From Prochlorococcus sp. AG-679-M23 (GTDB taxonomy: Bacteria; Cyanobacteriota; Cyanobacteriia; PCC-6307; Cyanobiaceae), in assembly GCA_003208875.1 (NCBI GenBank), contig QCUR01000010.1, forward strand, positions 1 to 28,372: DNA of 28,372 nucleotides. Reading direction: 5' to 3'. Below the pieces are notes generated by a model. The model had not been told where the DNA came from. It searched no databases and saw only the letters and a program-made list of their open reading frames with translations. Below, in pieces: positions 1 through 9,647 of the stretch (positions are counted from its first letter, which is position 1; each line of letters starts with the position of its first letter). The position numbers and the translations under genes were made by a program.

Positions 1-110
1 AATTAAGAATAAATAATCCTAAGTCATATTTATTTAGTTATAAAATCTCCGAAATAATTAGAGCCTATTAGTTTTATTGGGTTAAAAAGAAATTTTATAT
101 AAATTCTATA

Positions 111-590
111 TTAAGAATCTAATGCTACTTCTATTGCGGCAATTAAATTTTCATCGAATGGCTGGATACTTGGTTTAAACCTTGCAATCACATTACTGTT
201 TTTGCCAATTAAAAATTTTTCAAAATTCCATTCAACATCACCCTTTGGTTCAACGTTATTTAGTGTTGTATATGGTTCAGTAGTATTACCTTTCGCGTGA
301 ACTTTTTCCATAATTTCGAATTCAACACCATATTTTGTAGAACAAAAATTCTTTATCTCTGTAAGAGAATCAGGCTCTTGATTTCCAAAATCATTACATG
401 GGAAAGCAAGTATCCTTAAACCTTTTTTTGAATATTTATTATGAAGCTTTTGGAGATCATTATATTGAGCAGTATTACCGCAATAACTGGCGACGTTTAC
501 TATTAAAATTACATTTTCTGAATATTGGCCAAGTTTTTTTGCTTCTCCACTTGCTGAAACAACGGTTGTGTTTTTGACTTCTATTACCAT
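111..590 (-). CDS. gpx: Glutathione peroxidase (Cys-type, BtuE/Gpx family)
   Basis: Motifs VNVASYCG, LAFPCNDFGNQEP and WNFEKFL. ATG at 590 (MVIEV) gives 159 aa; the ORF track extends it to 623. Confidence 0.95.
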   Translation of the reverse strand: MVIEVKNTTVVSASGEAKKLGQYSENVILIVNVASYCGNTAQYNDLQKLHNKYSKKGLRILAFPCNDFGNQEPDSLTEIKNFCSTKYGVEFEIMEKVHAKGNTTEPYTTLNNVEPKGDVEWNFEKFLIGKNSNVIARFKPSIQPFDENLIAAIEVALDS

Positions 591-740
591 ATGTTTTATA
601 AATTCATCTTTTGAAGATAACATTGAAAAAATGTTTTTGCGTTGTTTAAGACCTTTTTAGCCTATTATTTTTATTTGTAATTTTTAGTAAAAAGTTTTTT
701 CTCAACTTATATAATTAAGTAATTATGTTAAATATTCAAC

Positions 741-983
741 TTGGACCCCTTAGACCCTCTTACTGAAATAATTAATTCAGGACAGGGCTTCTCGCCTTCA
801 ATTGCTCTAGAACGAATCCTATGGGTAATGATGGGTTTTTTCTTTCTTGGTGCTATTTCAACTTCAATTACAAAAGGAATGAAGCAAAATGATTGGTTCG
901 GAAATAATTCTTTTTTGTCTAATTTAAAAGCTAATAAAAGAGAAGATAAACTCTCTAACAAGCTAACTGACGATGACACCTAA
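741..983 (+). CDS. Hypothetical single-TM membrane protein
   Basis: 80-aa ORF with TTG start and hydrophobic segment ILWVMMGFFFLGAISTSI; 15 bp upstream of purT on the same strand. Confidence 0.7.
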   Translation: MDPLDPLTEIINSGQGFSPSIALERILWVMMGFFFLGAISTSITKGMKQNDWFGNNSFLSNLKANKREDKLSNKLTDDDT

Positions 984-998
984 CATAAAATTCATTTA

Positions 999-2174
999 GT
1001 GATGGGCAGTTTTAAATTTATTCCCAAGAAAATATTATTACTTGGCAGTGGCGAACTTGGAAAAGAATTAGTGGTTGAAGCTAAAAGATTAGGCTTAGAA
1101 GTAATAGCTATTGATAAATACGAAAATGCTCCTGCGATGCAATTAGCTGATAATTCTTTTGTCATAGATATGAGTGATAAGGAAATTTTAAAAAAAAAGA
1201 TAAAAGAACTCAAACCCGATTTTGTAGTTCCCGAAATTGAAGCTCTATCAATTGAAGCTTTAAAGGAATTGGAAGAAGAAGGAATAAATATCGTTCCTAA
1301 TGCTAGAACTGTTGAAATAACTATGAATAGGGATAAAATAAGAAATCTTGCATCTAAAGAATTAAAGATAAAAACTGCAAAATTTAGTTATGTTTTTAAT
1401 GTTGACGAGCTAGAAATAAAATCAGATGAAATTGGCTTCCCTCTTTTGCTAAAGCCTCTAATGAGTTCATCAGGAAAAGGTCAAAGTTTAGTTAACAGGA
1501 AAGAAGATCTATTTTCAGCCTGGAACGAGGCCTTGAAAAATTCAAGAGGAAAAATAGTTGGTGTAATACTTGAGGAATTTTTAAATTTTGATTATGAATT
1601 TACTCTCTTAACTATTAGAAAAAATAGTGGGGAGAACGTATTTTGTGAGCCAATAGGTCATGAACAATATAAAGGAGATTATCAATGTAGCTGGCAACCA
1701 TTGGAGATGAATCAATCCTTGATTAATGAAGCCCGTGAAATGACAACAAAAATATTAAATAATTTAAATGGTTCGGGTATTTATGGGGTTGAGTTTTTTG
1801 TAAAAGGCAAAGAGGTTATATTTTCAGAATTATCTCCTAGGCCTCATGATACTGGTATGGTCACCTTAGTTAGTCAAAACATAAATGAATTTGAATTACA
1901 CTTAAGAGCCTTTTTAAATCTACCCATACCAAATATTTCACTATTAAAGCCATCAGCTACCAGAGTAATAATATCAGATAAAGAATCTAATACTCCTTCA
2001 TACTCTGGACTAAACGAGGCATTAGAATTAGAGAATACTAAAGTTCTTATATTTGGGAAACCAACTGCAAAGAAAGGAAGGAGAATGGGGGTAGTCCTTT
2101 CAACAGATGATGATCTAAATATTGCTCGAGAGAATGCGGATAAGTCAGCACTTAAAATAAAAATTGTTTCCTAA
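999..2174 (+). CDS. purT: Formate-dependent phosphoribosylglycinamide formyltransferase
   Basis: LLLGSGELGKE, PEIEA, KPLMSSSGKGQS, SELSPRPHDTGMVT and FGKP...RRMGV: ATP-grasp PurT signatures. Confidence 0.97.
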   Translation: MMGSFKFIPKKILLLGSGELGKELVVEAKRLGLEVIAIDKYENAPAMQLADNSFVIDMSDKEILKKKIKELKPDFVVPEIEALSIEALKELEEEGINIVPNARTVEITMNRDKIRNLASKELKIKTAKFSYVFNVDELEIKSDEIGFPLLLKPLMSSSGKGQSLVNRKEDLFSAWNEALKNSRGKIVGVILEEFLNFDYEFTLLTIRKNSGENVFCEPIGHEQYKGDYQCSWQPLEMNQSLINEAREMTTKILNNLNGSGIYGVEFFVKGKEVIFSELSPRPHDTGMVTLVSQNINEFELHLRAFLNLPIPNISLLKPSATRVIISDKESNTPSYSGLNEALELENTKVLIFGKPTAKKGRRMGVVLSTDDDLNIARENADKSALKIKIVS

Positions 2175-2276
2175 TTTATAGAATATTAAATAAATATTAT
2201 AAAAAAACTACTTATTTCCTTCGTTTTTGTTTTCTGTCTTTGTATGTAATATTTGAATGTATTATTATTTTTTTCT

Positions 2277-2474
2277 ATGATAGAAAACTATAAAGGTTGG
2301 GATATAACTTTGACATGGGATGATAAGCATTCTTTTGGGCATAACTCTTGTATTAACGATACTTTTAACCAAAAAGAAAAATGGAAAGGAGTTAATTTAA
2401 ATGGTAATAGAATTTATGGAGCATCCCTTAAGGAAATAAGACATATTATTGATTATCCAAGACTACATAATTAA
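2277..2474 (+). CDS. Hypothetical protein (65 aa)
   Basis: ATG at 2277 (MIENYKGWDITLTWDD...) in the intergenic space after purT; Trp/Gly content is protein-like. Confidence 0.55.
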   Translation: MIENYKGWDITLTWDDKHSFGHNSCINDTFNQKEKWKGVNLNGNRIYGASLKEIRHIIDYPRLHN

Positions 2475-2490
2475 TTATTTATAGAAATAA

Positions 2491-2652
2491 TTAATTTTCT
2501 TCTTTCTGATTATTATCATCAATTAGTTCGTTTGCAAGTTCTCTTAAATCACCTTTAATTGATACCCATGTAAAAGCAGCAATAAAAACTGTAGCTGAGA
2601 TTGCTATTGTAATTGTTTCTAAAGGACCTAATCCTAATGCAATTGCAAACAT
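2491..2652 (-). CDS. Small single-TM protein (53 aa), not in ORF track
   Basis: Manual translation MFAIALGLGPLETITIAISATVFIAAFTWVSIKGDLRELANELIDDNNQKEEN*: hydrophobic helix plus acidic tail. Confidence 0.75.
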   Translation of the reverse strand: MFAIALGLGPLETITIAISATVFIAAFTWVSIKGDLRELANELIDDNNQKEEN

Positions 2653-2848
2653 GTAAAAATTAAAATATTAGTTTATTATATTCCACATTATTAATTAGTT
2701 TTAATTGAGTATTCTTTTGAAACTTAATTTAATTAATCCCGAAACATTATGTATAAATAATCTTTAATATTTTCTTCTTAAGAAGATTTTCTTATATATG
2801 TTTTTTAATAAGAAATATTCAAAATTTATTTGCTAAAATAAAAGAATT

Positions 2849-3085
2849 ATGAAGCAAAAAAAATGTCCACAATGTAAGAATTTAATCTCAATAACAGCTC
2901 CTACTTGCCTATTCTGTGGGAGACCTAATAAATTTGTAACTAATAATTACGTAAAAAAAAAGTGGGATAAAGAATATAAAAAAGACCGATTTAGTAATTT
3001 AAAAGTACTAATTTCTAAAAAGATATCTTTGCTTTTTATTATTATTGGTATTTTAATAATACTACTTATAAGTTTATATAAATAG
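2849..3085 (+). CDS. Zinc-ribbon protein with C-terminal TM helix
   Basis: CPQC-x10-CLFCG near the N-terminus; hydrophobic C-terminus ISLLFIIIGILIILLISLY. Confidence 0.75.
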   Translation: MKQKKCPQCKNLISITAPTCLFCGRPNKFVTNNYVKKKWDKEYKKDRFSNLKVLISKKISLLFIIIGILIILLISLYK

Positions 3086-3093
3086 AATAATTA

Positions 3094-5703
3094 TTAATTT
3101 AAAATTGCATCTATAACTTCTCTTGTATTTGGTGAAAGATTATTTTTTTTAATGTAATCAAGAGCTTTAATTATATTTCTTTTATAAGGATTTTCATATT
3201 GCCTAAAAGTACTAAATATTTTTAAAAAACGTGAAATTACTATTGGATTTGATTTGTCATATTCTAGAATTTTACCTGCTATGTATTTATAACCTGATCC
3301 ATCTGTGGAGTGGAATAATGAATTTCTTGTTACGTATGCATTTAATATAGATCTTAAAGTATTGGGTGATTTGACATCAAAATATTCATTTTTAAATAGA
3401 GCTTCAATATTTTTTTGATTATTATTTATCTCAATAGATGCTTTAAAAAAGAACCAATTATCTAAGACTACTGGATTGTGTTTCCATTTATTAAAAAAAA
3501 TATTTGAAATTAATTCTCTTTCAGGACAATTAATCCTTGTGAATACATTCAAAGCAGCTTTTGAAAGAGTCATTGAATTACTATCTATATAACTAATTAC
3601 TTTATTTTTAATTCCTTCATATTTACTATGTAAAAGTAACCTCCATATTGTTTCTATTAGTTTTCTTTCATCCTTACCCTCAGGCCATATTTTAGTAATG
3701 TTTTTATCAATCTCTTTAAGCTTATTCAGTAGTTCTACTTTTAATTTAGTACCAAAAAGATAATTTAAGTCGTCAATAGTTTTATAAATTTTTAATGGAT
3801 CGACTTTCTTGATCTCTGACTCTATTTCAGAGAAGGATGGGATACTAAGTATTTCAGATAAGAGAGATAAATTTATACTTTTATTATTCCTTATTATTGA
3901 TCTTAATGTTGTTATTAATTTATTTTCAATATTAATATCAGGTTCTTCATATATTCTTTTGCAAATTATTTTTTTATATATACCTTTTATCGTGTCATAT
4001 ATCGTGAAATAATCAGTTTCAAATTCTAGTATTAATAATTTCTCTGCAAATGTAGTATCTGTTTCCCATTTAATGGGAGCTGAGAAATTTCGAAAATAAG
4101 AAATTATTGGACTGTCAAATTTAGAGTTTATATTTTCTAAAGTGAATTCTTCTTCCTTTTCTTTTAAGATAAGTGTCTTATTTATTTTTTCATAACTATT
4201 CAAGAATATTGCAATATTAATAGGAATTATTAGAGGTAAATCGTTATAAAGATTTTTATTATTTGAATTTATTTGCGAGACTTGTATTTTAAGGATTTGT
4301 TTTTCTTTATCCCATTTTCTTTTAAACTTAACTAGTGGAGTTCCATTTTGTTTATACCAAGTTTTAAATTTTTCAATATTTATTTCTTTGTTATTCTCTA
4401 AAATCTTATCAACAAATTGATCAATAGTTGCTGCTTTCCCATCATAAGTAGAAATAAAATTACTAAAACCATTATTAAAGTTTTCTTCTTTTATTAATGT
4501 TTTAAGCATCCTTATTATTTCGGCTCCTTTTTCGTAGATAGTAGTTGTATAAAAATTGTCTATCTCTAAATACTTTTCAGGTCTCACTGGATGTGATGTT
4601 GGACCAGAGTCTTCTCTAAATTGTGCTTTTCTTAAGAATTTTGCATCTTCAAGTCTTTTTATTGAACGATTATGAAGATCAGCTGTAAATTCCTGATCTC
4701 TAAATACTGTTAAACCCTCTTTTAGAGATAATTGAAACCAATCTCTACAAGTTATTCTATTTCCCGTCCAATTATGAAAGTACTCATGAGCGATTACACC
4801 TTCTATACGCTCTAGCTCTTCATCAGTCGTAGTCTCTTTATTTGCAAGTATTAATTTAGAGTTGAAAATGTTGAGGCTTTTATTTTCCATCGCTCCCATA
4901 TTGAAATGCCTAATTGCAACAATATTAAATAAAGATAAATCGTATTCAAGATTATATTTTTCTTCGTCCCATTTCATTGACTTCTTTAATGAATTGATTG
5001 AGTGTTGTACATATTTTTCATCACCCTTTTCCACGTAAATATTTATTTCTACTTTTTTATTAGATTTAGTATTGAAGTTATCTTTTATGCAGTTCAGTTT
5101 TCCTGCAACTAAAGCGAAAAGATATGAGGGTTTAGGATATGGATCTTCCCATATCACTTCGTGCCTTCTGTGTTCAAGATCATTTGCTTTAACAAGATTT
5201 CCATTAGAAAGTAAAACAGGATAATCTTCCTTATTAGCCTCGATCCTTACTTTGTATTTACTTAAAATATCAGGTCTATCAGAATGGTAACTTATTCTTC
5301 TAAAGCCTTCTGCTTCGCATTGCGTAGTAATAATTCCATTACTTTCATACATTCCTAAAAGTGAAAAATTCTCCTTTGGTTTAATTGTTCCCACAATCTT
5401 TAAGGTAAAAGTTTCTTTGAGTATGGGTTTAATTAATAGTCTATTTTTTTGTATTGAATAGTTATTTTCTTCTAATAAAGATTCATCTAAATAAATCTTT
5501 TCAACAAATATATCTATCCCATCAAGATTAAGGGAATCTATATTAATATTCTTTTTGATCAATTTTAGTTCGGTTTTAACAATAACTCTTTTATCTTCAA
5601 TTATGAAATCCAAAAAGATATTAGGTATTTCATAATCAAAGGATTTATAGTCCTCCAGTTTTATATATGGATTATTGTTCTTATTGTCTGAAACGTTAAG
5701 CAT
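3094..5703 (-). CDS. pepN: Aminopeptidase N (M1 family)
   Basis: GAMEN and HEYFH-x18-E zinc motifs, TQCEAEGFRRI, NFYTTTIYEKGAE; 869 aa. Confidence 0.97.
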   Translation of the reverse strand: MLNVSDNKNNNPYIKLEDYKSFDYEIPNIFLDFIIEDKRVIVKTELKLIKKNINIDSLNLDGIDIFVEKIYLDESLLEENNYSIQKNRLLIKPILKETFTLKIVGTIKPKENFSLLGMYESNGIITTQCEAEGFRRISYHSDRPDILSKYKVRIEANKEDYPVLLSNGNLVKANDLEHRRHEVIWEDPYPKPSYLFALVAGKLNCIKDNFNTKSNKKVEINIYVEKGDEKYVQHSINSLKKSMKWDEEKYNLEYDLSLFNIVAIRHFNMGAMENKSLNIFNSKLILANKETTTDEELERIEGVIAHEYFHNWTGNRITCRDWFQLSLKEGLTVFRDQEFTADLHNRSIKRLEDAKFLRKAQFREDSGPTSHPVRPEKYLEIDNFYTTTIYEKGAEIIRMLKTLIKEENFNNGFSNFISTYDGKAATIDQFVDKILENNKEINIEKFKTWYKQNGTPLVKFKRKWDKEKQILKIQVSQINSNNKNLYNDLPLIIPINIAIFLNSYEKINKTLILKEKEEEFTLENINSKFDSPIISYFRNFSAPIKWETDTTFAEKLLILEFETDYFTIYDTIKGIYKKIICKRIYEEPDINIENKLITTLRSIIRNNKSINLSLLSEILSIPSFSEIESEIKKVDPLKIYKTIDDLNYLFGTKLKVELLNKLKEIDKNITKIWPEGKDERKLIETIWRLLLHSKYEGIKNKVISYIDSNSMTLSKAALNVFTRINCPERELISNIFFNKWKHNPVVLDNWFFFKASIEINNNQKNIEALFKNEYFDVKSPNTLRSILNAYVTRNSLFHSTDGSGYKYIAGKILEYDKSNPIVISRFLKIFSTFRQYENPYKRNIIKALDYIKKNNLSPNTREVIDAILN

Positions 5704-5773
5704 ATTTATTTAATTAATCCTTTGAACTAAATAATTGATTGAAGAGTATTATGTACATGATAAATTAAAAAAA

Positions 5774-6172
5774 TTAGGTTTCTCCTAATTGACATATATG
5801 ATCTTTGATTACTCCAGATGGAAGTAACTCATACAATATCGGATTTTTTTCTTTTACCAATCCCTCTTGATTTATTTCGTATCTCCAATCCCATTTTCTG
5901 TCCGTAAATGATAAGTAATCTTTTCTAAGAGAATATGGTAGCATTAGCTTTATTCCATTCCAATCTATATTAATAAATGCTCCAGGTTCAATTTCAGAGA
6001 TGGTTTTAACTATTGAGAAATCTCCATTGATATTATTTCTAATTACTAAATCGAGCTTAATATTGTCGCAAAAATATGATGTGCTTAGTGCAAATAGACA
6101 AATTGTTGAAAAAAATATCGAATAAATTTTAGATAATCCTTTATCTCTTTCTATTTTATTAGTTTGTAAGCA
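5774..6172 (-). CDS. Putative exported beta-rich protein; open frame without a canonical start codon
   Basis: 132 sense codons (...IYSIFFSTICLFALSTSYFCDNIKLDLVIR...LMLPYSLRKDYLSFTDRKWDWRY...HICQLGET*) filling the pepN-MBL gap. No in-frame ATG/GTG/TTG before the internal Met. Confidence 0.65.
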   Translation of the reverse strand, partial: CLQTNKIERDKGLSKIYSIFFSTICLFALSTSYFCDNIKLDLVIRNNINGDFSIVKTISEIEPGAFINIDWNGIKLMLPYSLRKDYLSFTDRKWDWRYEINQEGLVKEKNPILYELLPSGVIKDHICQLGET

Positions 6173-6210
6173 CTAATGATATAGTTATAAATTTTCTTTA
6201 TTAAAAATAT

Positions 6211-6927
6211 CTAAATTTTTAAAGAGTCCATAGTTTTTAAATTTACCAAGTTACATTTTACTTCTTCTGCATATTCCTGAACTGATATAAATTTGTTTAA
6301 AAGGCCTGTATATTTTGCTTCTCCTCCAGCAGTACTTGAAAGTATATATTTTGGATTAAAAGTTTTTATTAATTTGGGAAGCACATCGGCCCCTTTTACA
6401 AAAGATCCAACAAAAGGAAGTTCAAGGTTAATTATTGGAGTTATGACTGCATCTAATTCTTGAGAATTAACGCTTTCATCAAGAAAACCATGTGGTTCTA
6501 TGTAGAAACCCTTTCCTTTATCGTCTTTTACTATGTATCCATTTTCTATTTGTGGTACGGGAGCACCAGCAGTAGCTTCTATTTCTAGATCCTTTTGTAT
6601 GATTTTTTCTTTTGGTTTAAGAACTTTGATCGAAGTAAAGCCCAATTTTTCAAGAATTCCTTTTGCACTATTGGGGCAGATGATATCAATATCTTTTTTA
6701 AACTTTTTTAATGAAGGAACATGGCAATGATCGGCTAAGCCTTGTGTCAAGAGAATTATATTAATGTCTTCCTCAATTAAAATTTCATTATCTAGTGAAC
6801 CTTTGAAAAACCACTCTCCTGGAGGAAATATCAAATCACCTGTAAGCCAGGGATCTATTATTAAGTTGGTTTTATCAAATTTGATTAACCAACCGTTTGA
6901 ACCTAGATATTTGGCTTCAAAAGTCAT
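6211..6927 (-). CDS. MBL-fold metallo-hydrolase (cyanobacterial/plant type)
   Basis: YLGSNGWLI, LIIDPWL, LLTQGLADHCH (variant of HxHxDH), ENGY and YIEPHG. Confidence 0.88.
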   Translation of the reverse strand: MTFEAKYLGSNGWLIKFDKTNLIIDPWLTGDLIFPPGEWFFKGSLDNEILIEEDINIILLTQGLADHCHVPSLKKFKKDIDIICPNSAKGILEKLGFTSIKVLKPKEKIIQKDLEIEATAGAPVPQIENGYIVKDDKGKGFYIEPHGFLDESVNSQELDAVITPIINLELPFVGSFVKGADVLPKLIKTFNPKYILSSTAGGEAKYTGLLNKFISVQEYAEEVKCNLVNLKTMDSLKI

Positions 6928-7071
6928 TATTCGTTATAAATATAAATAGACTATAAATTAAATTTGTAAATATTGAGTAAAAATTTTCTATGGGTTTGGT
7001 ATATCAATTAATTCAGTGATGAGATATTTTTCAATCTAATTTGTTTTATTTAAGGGTTTTCAAAAAATTTA

Positions 7072-7377
7072 TTAATGTTTAGCTTCCTTTAATATTTGAA
7101 ATGATTTCTTTTTTAGATTAAATATGAGTACTTGATTTTCTTTTGATTTACTCTTTAATGTTTTTTCTTTTAATGTTTGAATAGGAATTAATGCTAATCC
7201 TCCAGTCCCTGAAAATATAATTGGCATGGTTACATTTTTATTGCCATTCATTTTTTGTAAATCTATAGCTTGTGAAACAATATTTTTAGCTCTTTCAAAT
7301 CCATGATGTTCTATCAATTCAGACCATAATGAATTTACTGACTCATATTTTGAAAATTCAATTTGTATACTTTTCAT
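7072..7377 (-). CDS. Hypothetical protein
   Basis: 101-aa ATG ORF, collinear with its neighbours; PIIFSGTGGLALIP segment. Confidence 0.7.
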   Translation of the reverse strand: MKSIQIEFSKYESVNSLWSELIEHHGFERAKNIVSQAIDLQKMNGNKNVTMPIIFSGTGGLALIPIQTLKEKTLKSKSKENQVLIFNLKKKSFQILKEAKH

Positions 7378-7420
7378 TAAAAATTTAAGGAAAACTAAAT
7401 TTTTCAGAGAGAATATTTAT

Positions 7421-7606
7421 TTAATTTCTATTTTTAAACCCATCCATCACTAATTGCAACATATCAATAACGTCACCATCAGTTAAATCAAGATCTTTTT
7501 TTAAATCATTGCATGTTAAATTCATTTCTAGTGCAGCTTCTGCCATATGATTTATTTTCTGATCTTTACCACCTAAAGATATAAATGGATTGAAGTTTTC
7601 TATCAT
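7421..7606 (-). CDS. Small helical hypothetical protein (similar to 17041..17226)
   Basis: 61-aa ORF sharing C-x2-LKK-x8-VI-x2-L-x6-F with the ORF at 17041. Confidence 0.7.
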   Translation of the reverse strand: MIENFNPFISLGGKDQKINHMAEAALEMNLTCNDLKKDLDLTDGDVIDMLQLVMDGFKNRN

Positions 7607-7714
7607 TAATTTTAGACATTACTTATATGTTCTAGCTAAGAAATAATAAATTATCTTCTAATCACAAATAAGCTTAAAAATATGTCATTTATTAATTTGG
7701 AGGGAATCATTTTT

Positions 7715-8095
7715 TCAAACCAAAGAAGTTGGCACACCTTTTGCAATTAAGGCTAATCTTCTTGCTCTTACAAGGAAGGGAAACAATAAACTCGTTCTTT
7801 TGTTTGATTTAAAGATATTTGATAAGAGTTTTAAAAGTTTGCCAGACGGGTTTTTGATTTGATTACATATTTTATTTATTGCTTCAGCCCCATGAAATAT
7901 ATCATCATCCTTAAGAAGGATTGCTCCTTTATCTATGTCATAACCTTTTTCTAATAGAGATTTAATTATTTTGGGATTTTTTCTACCATCGAGAATAGAA
8001 ATTTCATTTATTTTACTTTTAAGCTCTAAAAGTTCTGCAAAATGATTACAAAAAGGACATTCTCCATCATATATAAATGTTAAATTTGTATTCAT
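7715..8095 (-). CDS. DCC1-like thiol-disulfide oxidoreductase (DUF393)
   Basis: N-terminal IYDGECPFC (DxxCxxC) motif; GAEAI segment. Confidence 0.9.
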   Translation of the reverse strand: MNTNLTFIYDGECPFCNHFAELLELKSKINEISILDGRKNPKIIKSLLEKGYDIDKGAILLKDDDIFHGAEAINKICNQIKNPSGKLLKLLSNIFKSNKRTSLLFPFLVRARRLALIAKGVPTSLV

Positions 8096-8315
8096 AACGA
8101 TTTATTTTCCATGATTTGATCTTAAGTGAAAAATTAGTGACCTGTTGTCCATCAAAGACTCATAAGTAAAGTATTCTATTTGTCAAATATTTATGTAGCA
8201 ACAAAACCATCCCTTCATTGAATTACTTTCGAATTACAAAGAAATGTCTCAATTTGGGTATATTCCCTTCAAAAATTCTGTATGCTAGCTCCGAGATAAT
8301 TGTATTTAAAAATTC

Positions 8316-8453
8316 ATGAATTTTTTAGCTTCATTCGCCATTGGCGGTTTTAATCCTTGGGCCGCAGGTGTTGGGATTGGTTCTTTAGTCCTCTTTGGGC
8401 TTGTTGGTTTAGTCGCTGGACCAAACCTTAGCAAATTTGATACTGAGGAATAA
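8316..8453 (+). CDS. Small Gly-rich TM protein (45 aa), not in ORF track
   Basis: MNFLASFAIGGFNPWAAGVGIGSLVLFGLVGLVAGPNLSKFDTEE*; locally higher GC; followed by a terminator. Confidence 0.8.
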   Translation: MNFLASFAIGGFNPWAAGVGIGSLVLFGLVGLVAGPNLSKFDTEE

Positions 8454-8481
8454 ATAATTCATATTTTTGAATTTGAATTTT

Positions 8482-8510
8482 AAAAGACTCTTTTTGAGTC
8501 TTTTTTTTTT
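8482..8510 (+). terminator. Rho-independent terminator
   Basis: AAAAGACTC-TTTTT-GAGTC followed by T10, 28 bp after the stop at 8453. Confidence 0.8.
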
Positions 8511-8559
8511 AGCAGTTTTAAGAATTTTTTTTTAGAGTAATAAATATAAAAAAATTTAA

Positions 8560-8826
8560 ATGTTATTAAACCCTTTTGCTCCTCTAGCTTTCATTAAAAT
8601 TACTTCTCTCAAAGCTACTACATTATTTCTACTAGTTCTTCTTATAAAGTCTAATTTACTTAGATTAAAAGGGGGGTTGATAGGTGGCCTGTTTGCTTTG
8701 ATTCTTATTTCAGGAATATTAGCTTCTACATCTATTGCGCTAGGTTCACTAATTTATGCTTATAGAGTCAAAAATAAAACAGAAGAAGATAGCACTGTGC
8801 AAGATCTTGAGACAGTGAACATATAA
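8560..8826 (+). CDS. Hypothetical membrane protein
   Basis: Hydrophobic segment LIGGLFALILISGILASTSIALGSLIYAY. The true start may be the in-frame TTG at 8677. Confidence 0.55.
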   Translation: MLLNPFAPLAFIKITSLKATTLFLLVLLIKSNLLRLKGGLIGGLFALILISGILASTSIALGSLIYAYRVKNKTEEDSTVQDLETVNI

Positions 8827-8857
8827 TTTTGATCAAATTAATTAATAAATAATGTTA

Positions 8858-8974
8858 TTAGAAAGGTGTTCCAGGTACAAAATGTAATACTAAAAATCCA
8901 AATCCAGCAGCAAAAACGATTGAAACTGCGATAATCAGAAGGCCTGAAGCCATACCACCCTGTTCAAATGCCAT
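8858..8974 (-). CDS. Small single-TM protein (38 aa), not in ORF track
   Basis: MAFEQGGMASGLLIIAVSIVFAAGFGFLVLHFVPGTPF*; GC-richer than its flanks. Confidence 0.75.
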   Translation of the reverse strand: MAFEQGGMASGLLIIAVSIVFAAGFGFLVLHFVPGTPF

Positions 8975-9042
8975 AAAATTTATTTATTTTTTATAAATAT
9001 AATTCAAATACAATATAAAAGTAATTGTGTAAATTACTCATA

Positions 9043-9228
9043 TCAGCCAAATTTGTTATTTATTGTATAAAGGAGCAAAAATATAGAAGATAATGAAACA
9101 ATAGTTCCGAAAATTATTAAAGGTTTTGATTTTTCACTATCTTCTTTTTTAGGAAATTTTTTAGATAAAGATGTATTTTTATCTTTGTTAATAATATTTG
9201 AGAATAGTTTTTTCACATTAAAAAACAA
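9043..9228 (-). CDS. Small protein with C-terminal TM helix
   Basis: Lys-rich N-terminal part then PLIIFGTIVSLSSIFLLLY; weak hairpin AGTAATT-N5-AATTACT plus T-run just downstream on the minus strand. Confidence 0.6.
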   Translation of the reverse strand: MFFNVKKLFSNIINKDKNTSLSKKFPKKEDSEKSKPLIIFGTIVSLSSIFLLLYTINNKFG

Positions 9229-9241
9229 ATTTAATAGGTTA

Positions 9242-9559
9242 TTAATTCATTGATTTAAATAAGTCTTTGTGATAATCGACAATGTTTTGACAACTGGTCA
9301 CAGGAGTAAATTCCATATGAATTCCAAATTTTGCTCTCCAAGGGGCGAAATGTTCAAAAACTTCTTTATCACTATAAGCTTTACACAAACAAACTACTCT
9401 TCCTTCACCAGGAGCATGTACTCTAAAGAGCATTTCAAAATTTGCAGTTTTGTCAGCTTTAGACATTTCGCCATTCTCCCATGCCTCCACAAATAATTTA
9501 TAGGCCTTAACCTGATTATCAATATCTGGAAATTGACAATCCGCAAGATACATTTGCAT
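9242..9559 (-). CDS. DUF3303-family protein
   Basis: Pattern FEMLFRVHAPGEGRVVCLCKA...FEHFAPWRAKFGIHMEFTPV, typical of marine cyanobacterial DUF3303 proteins. Confidence 0.8.
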   Translation of the reverse strand: MQMYLADCQFPDIDNQVKAYKLFVEAWENGEMSKADKTANFEMLFRVHAPGEGRVVCLCKAYSDKEVFEHFAPWRAKFGIHMEFTPVTSCQNIVDYHKDLFKSMN

Positions 9560-9647
9560 TAGATTTTTTATTATTTAAATATATTATCTGTCAAAAACAA
9601 ACTAATTTCTTGCACTGTTTTAATTTGAACATCATGTAGGGATTTTT

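Noticed and set aside
111..590. Selenocysteine recoding in the glutathione peroxidase
   Set aside because: The active-site residue is an ordinary Cys codon and there is no in-frame TGA.
728..1213. Minus-strand ORFs 728..979 and 992..1213
   Set aside because: Antisense shadows of the 741..983 gene and purT.
6211..6927. MBL-fold gene as an antibiotic-resistance beta-lactamase
   Set aside because: The QGLADHCH variant lacks the HxHxDH metal set and there is no signal peptide; it fits a housekeeping cyanobacterial/plant subfamily.
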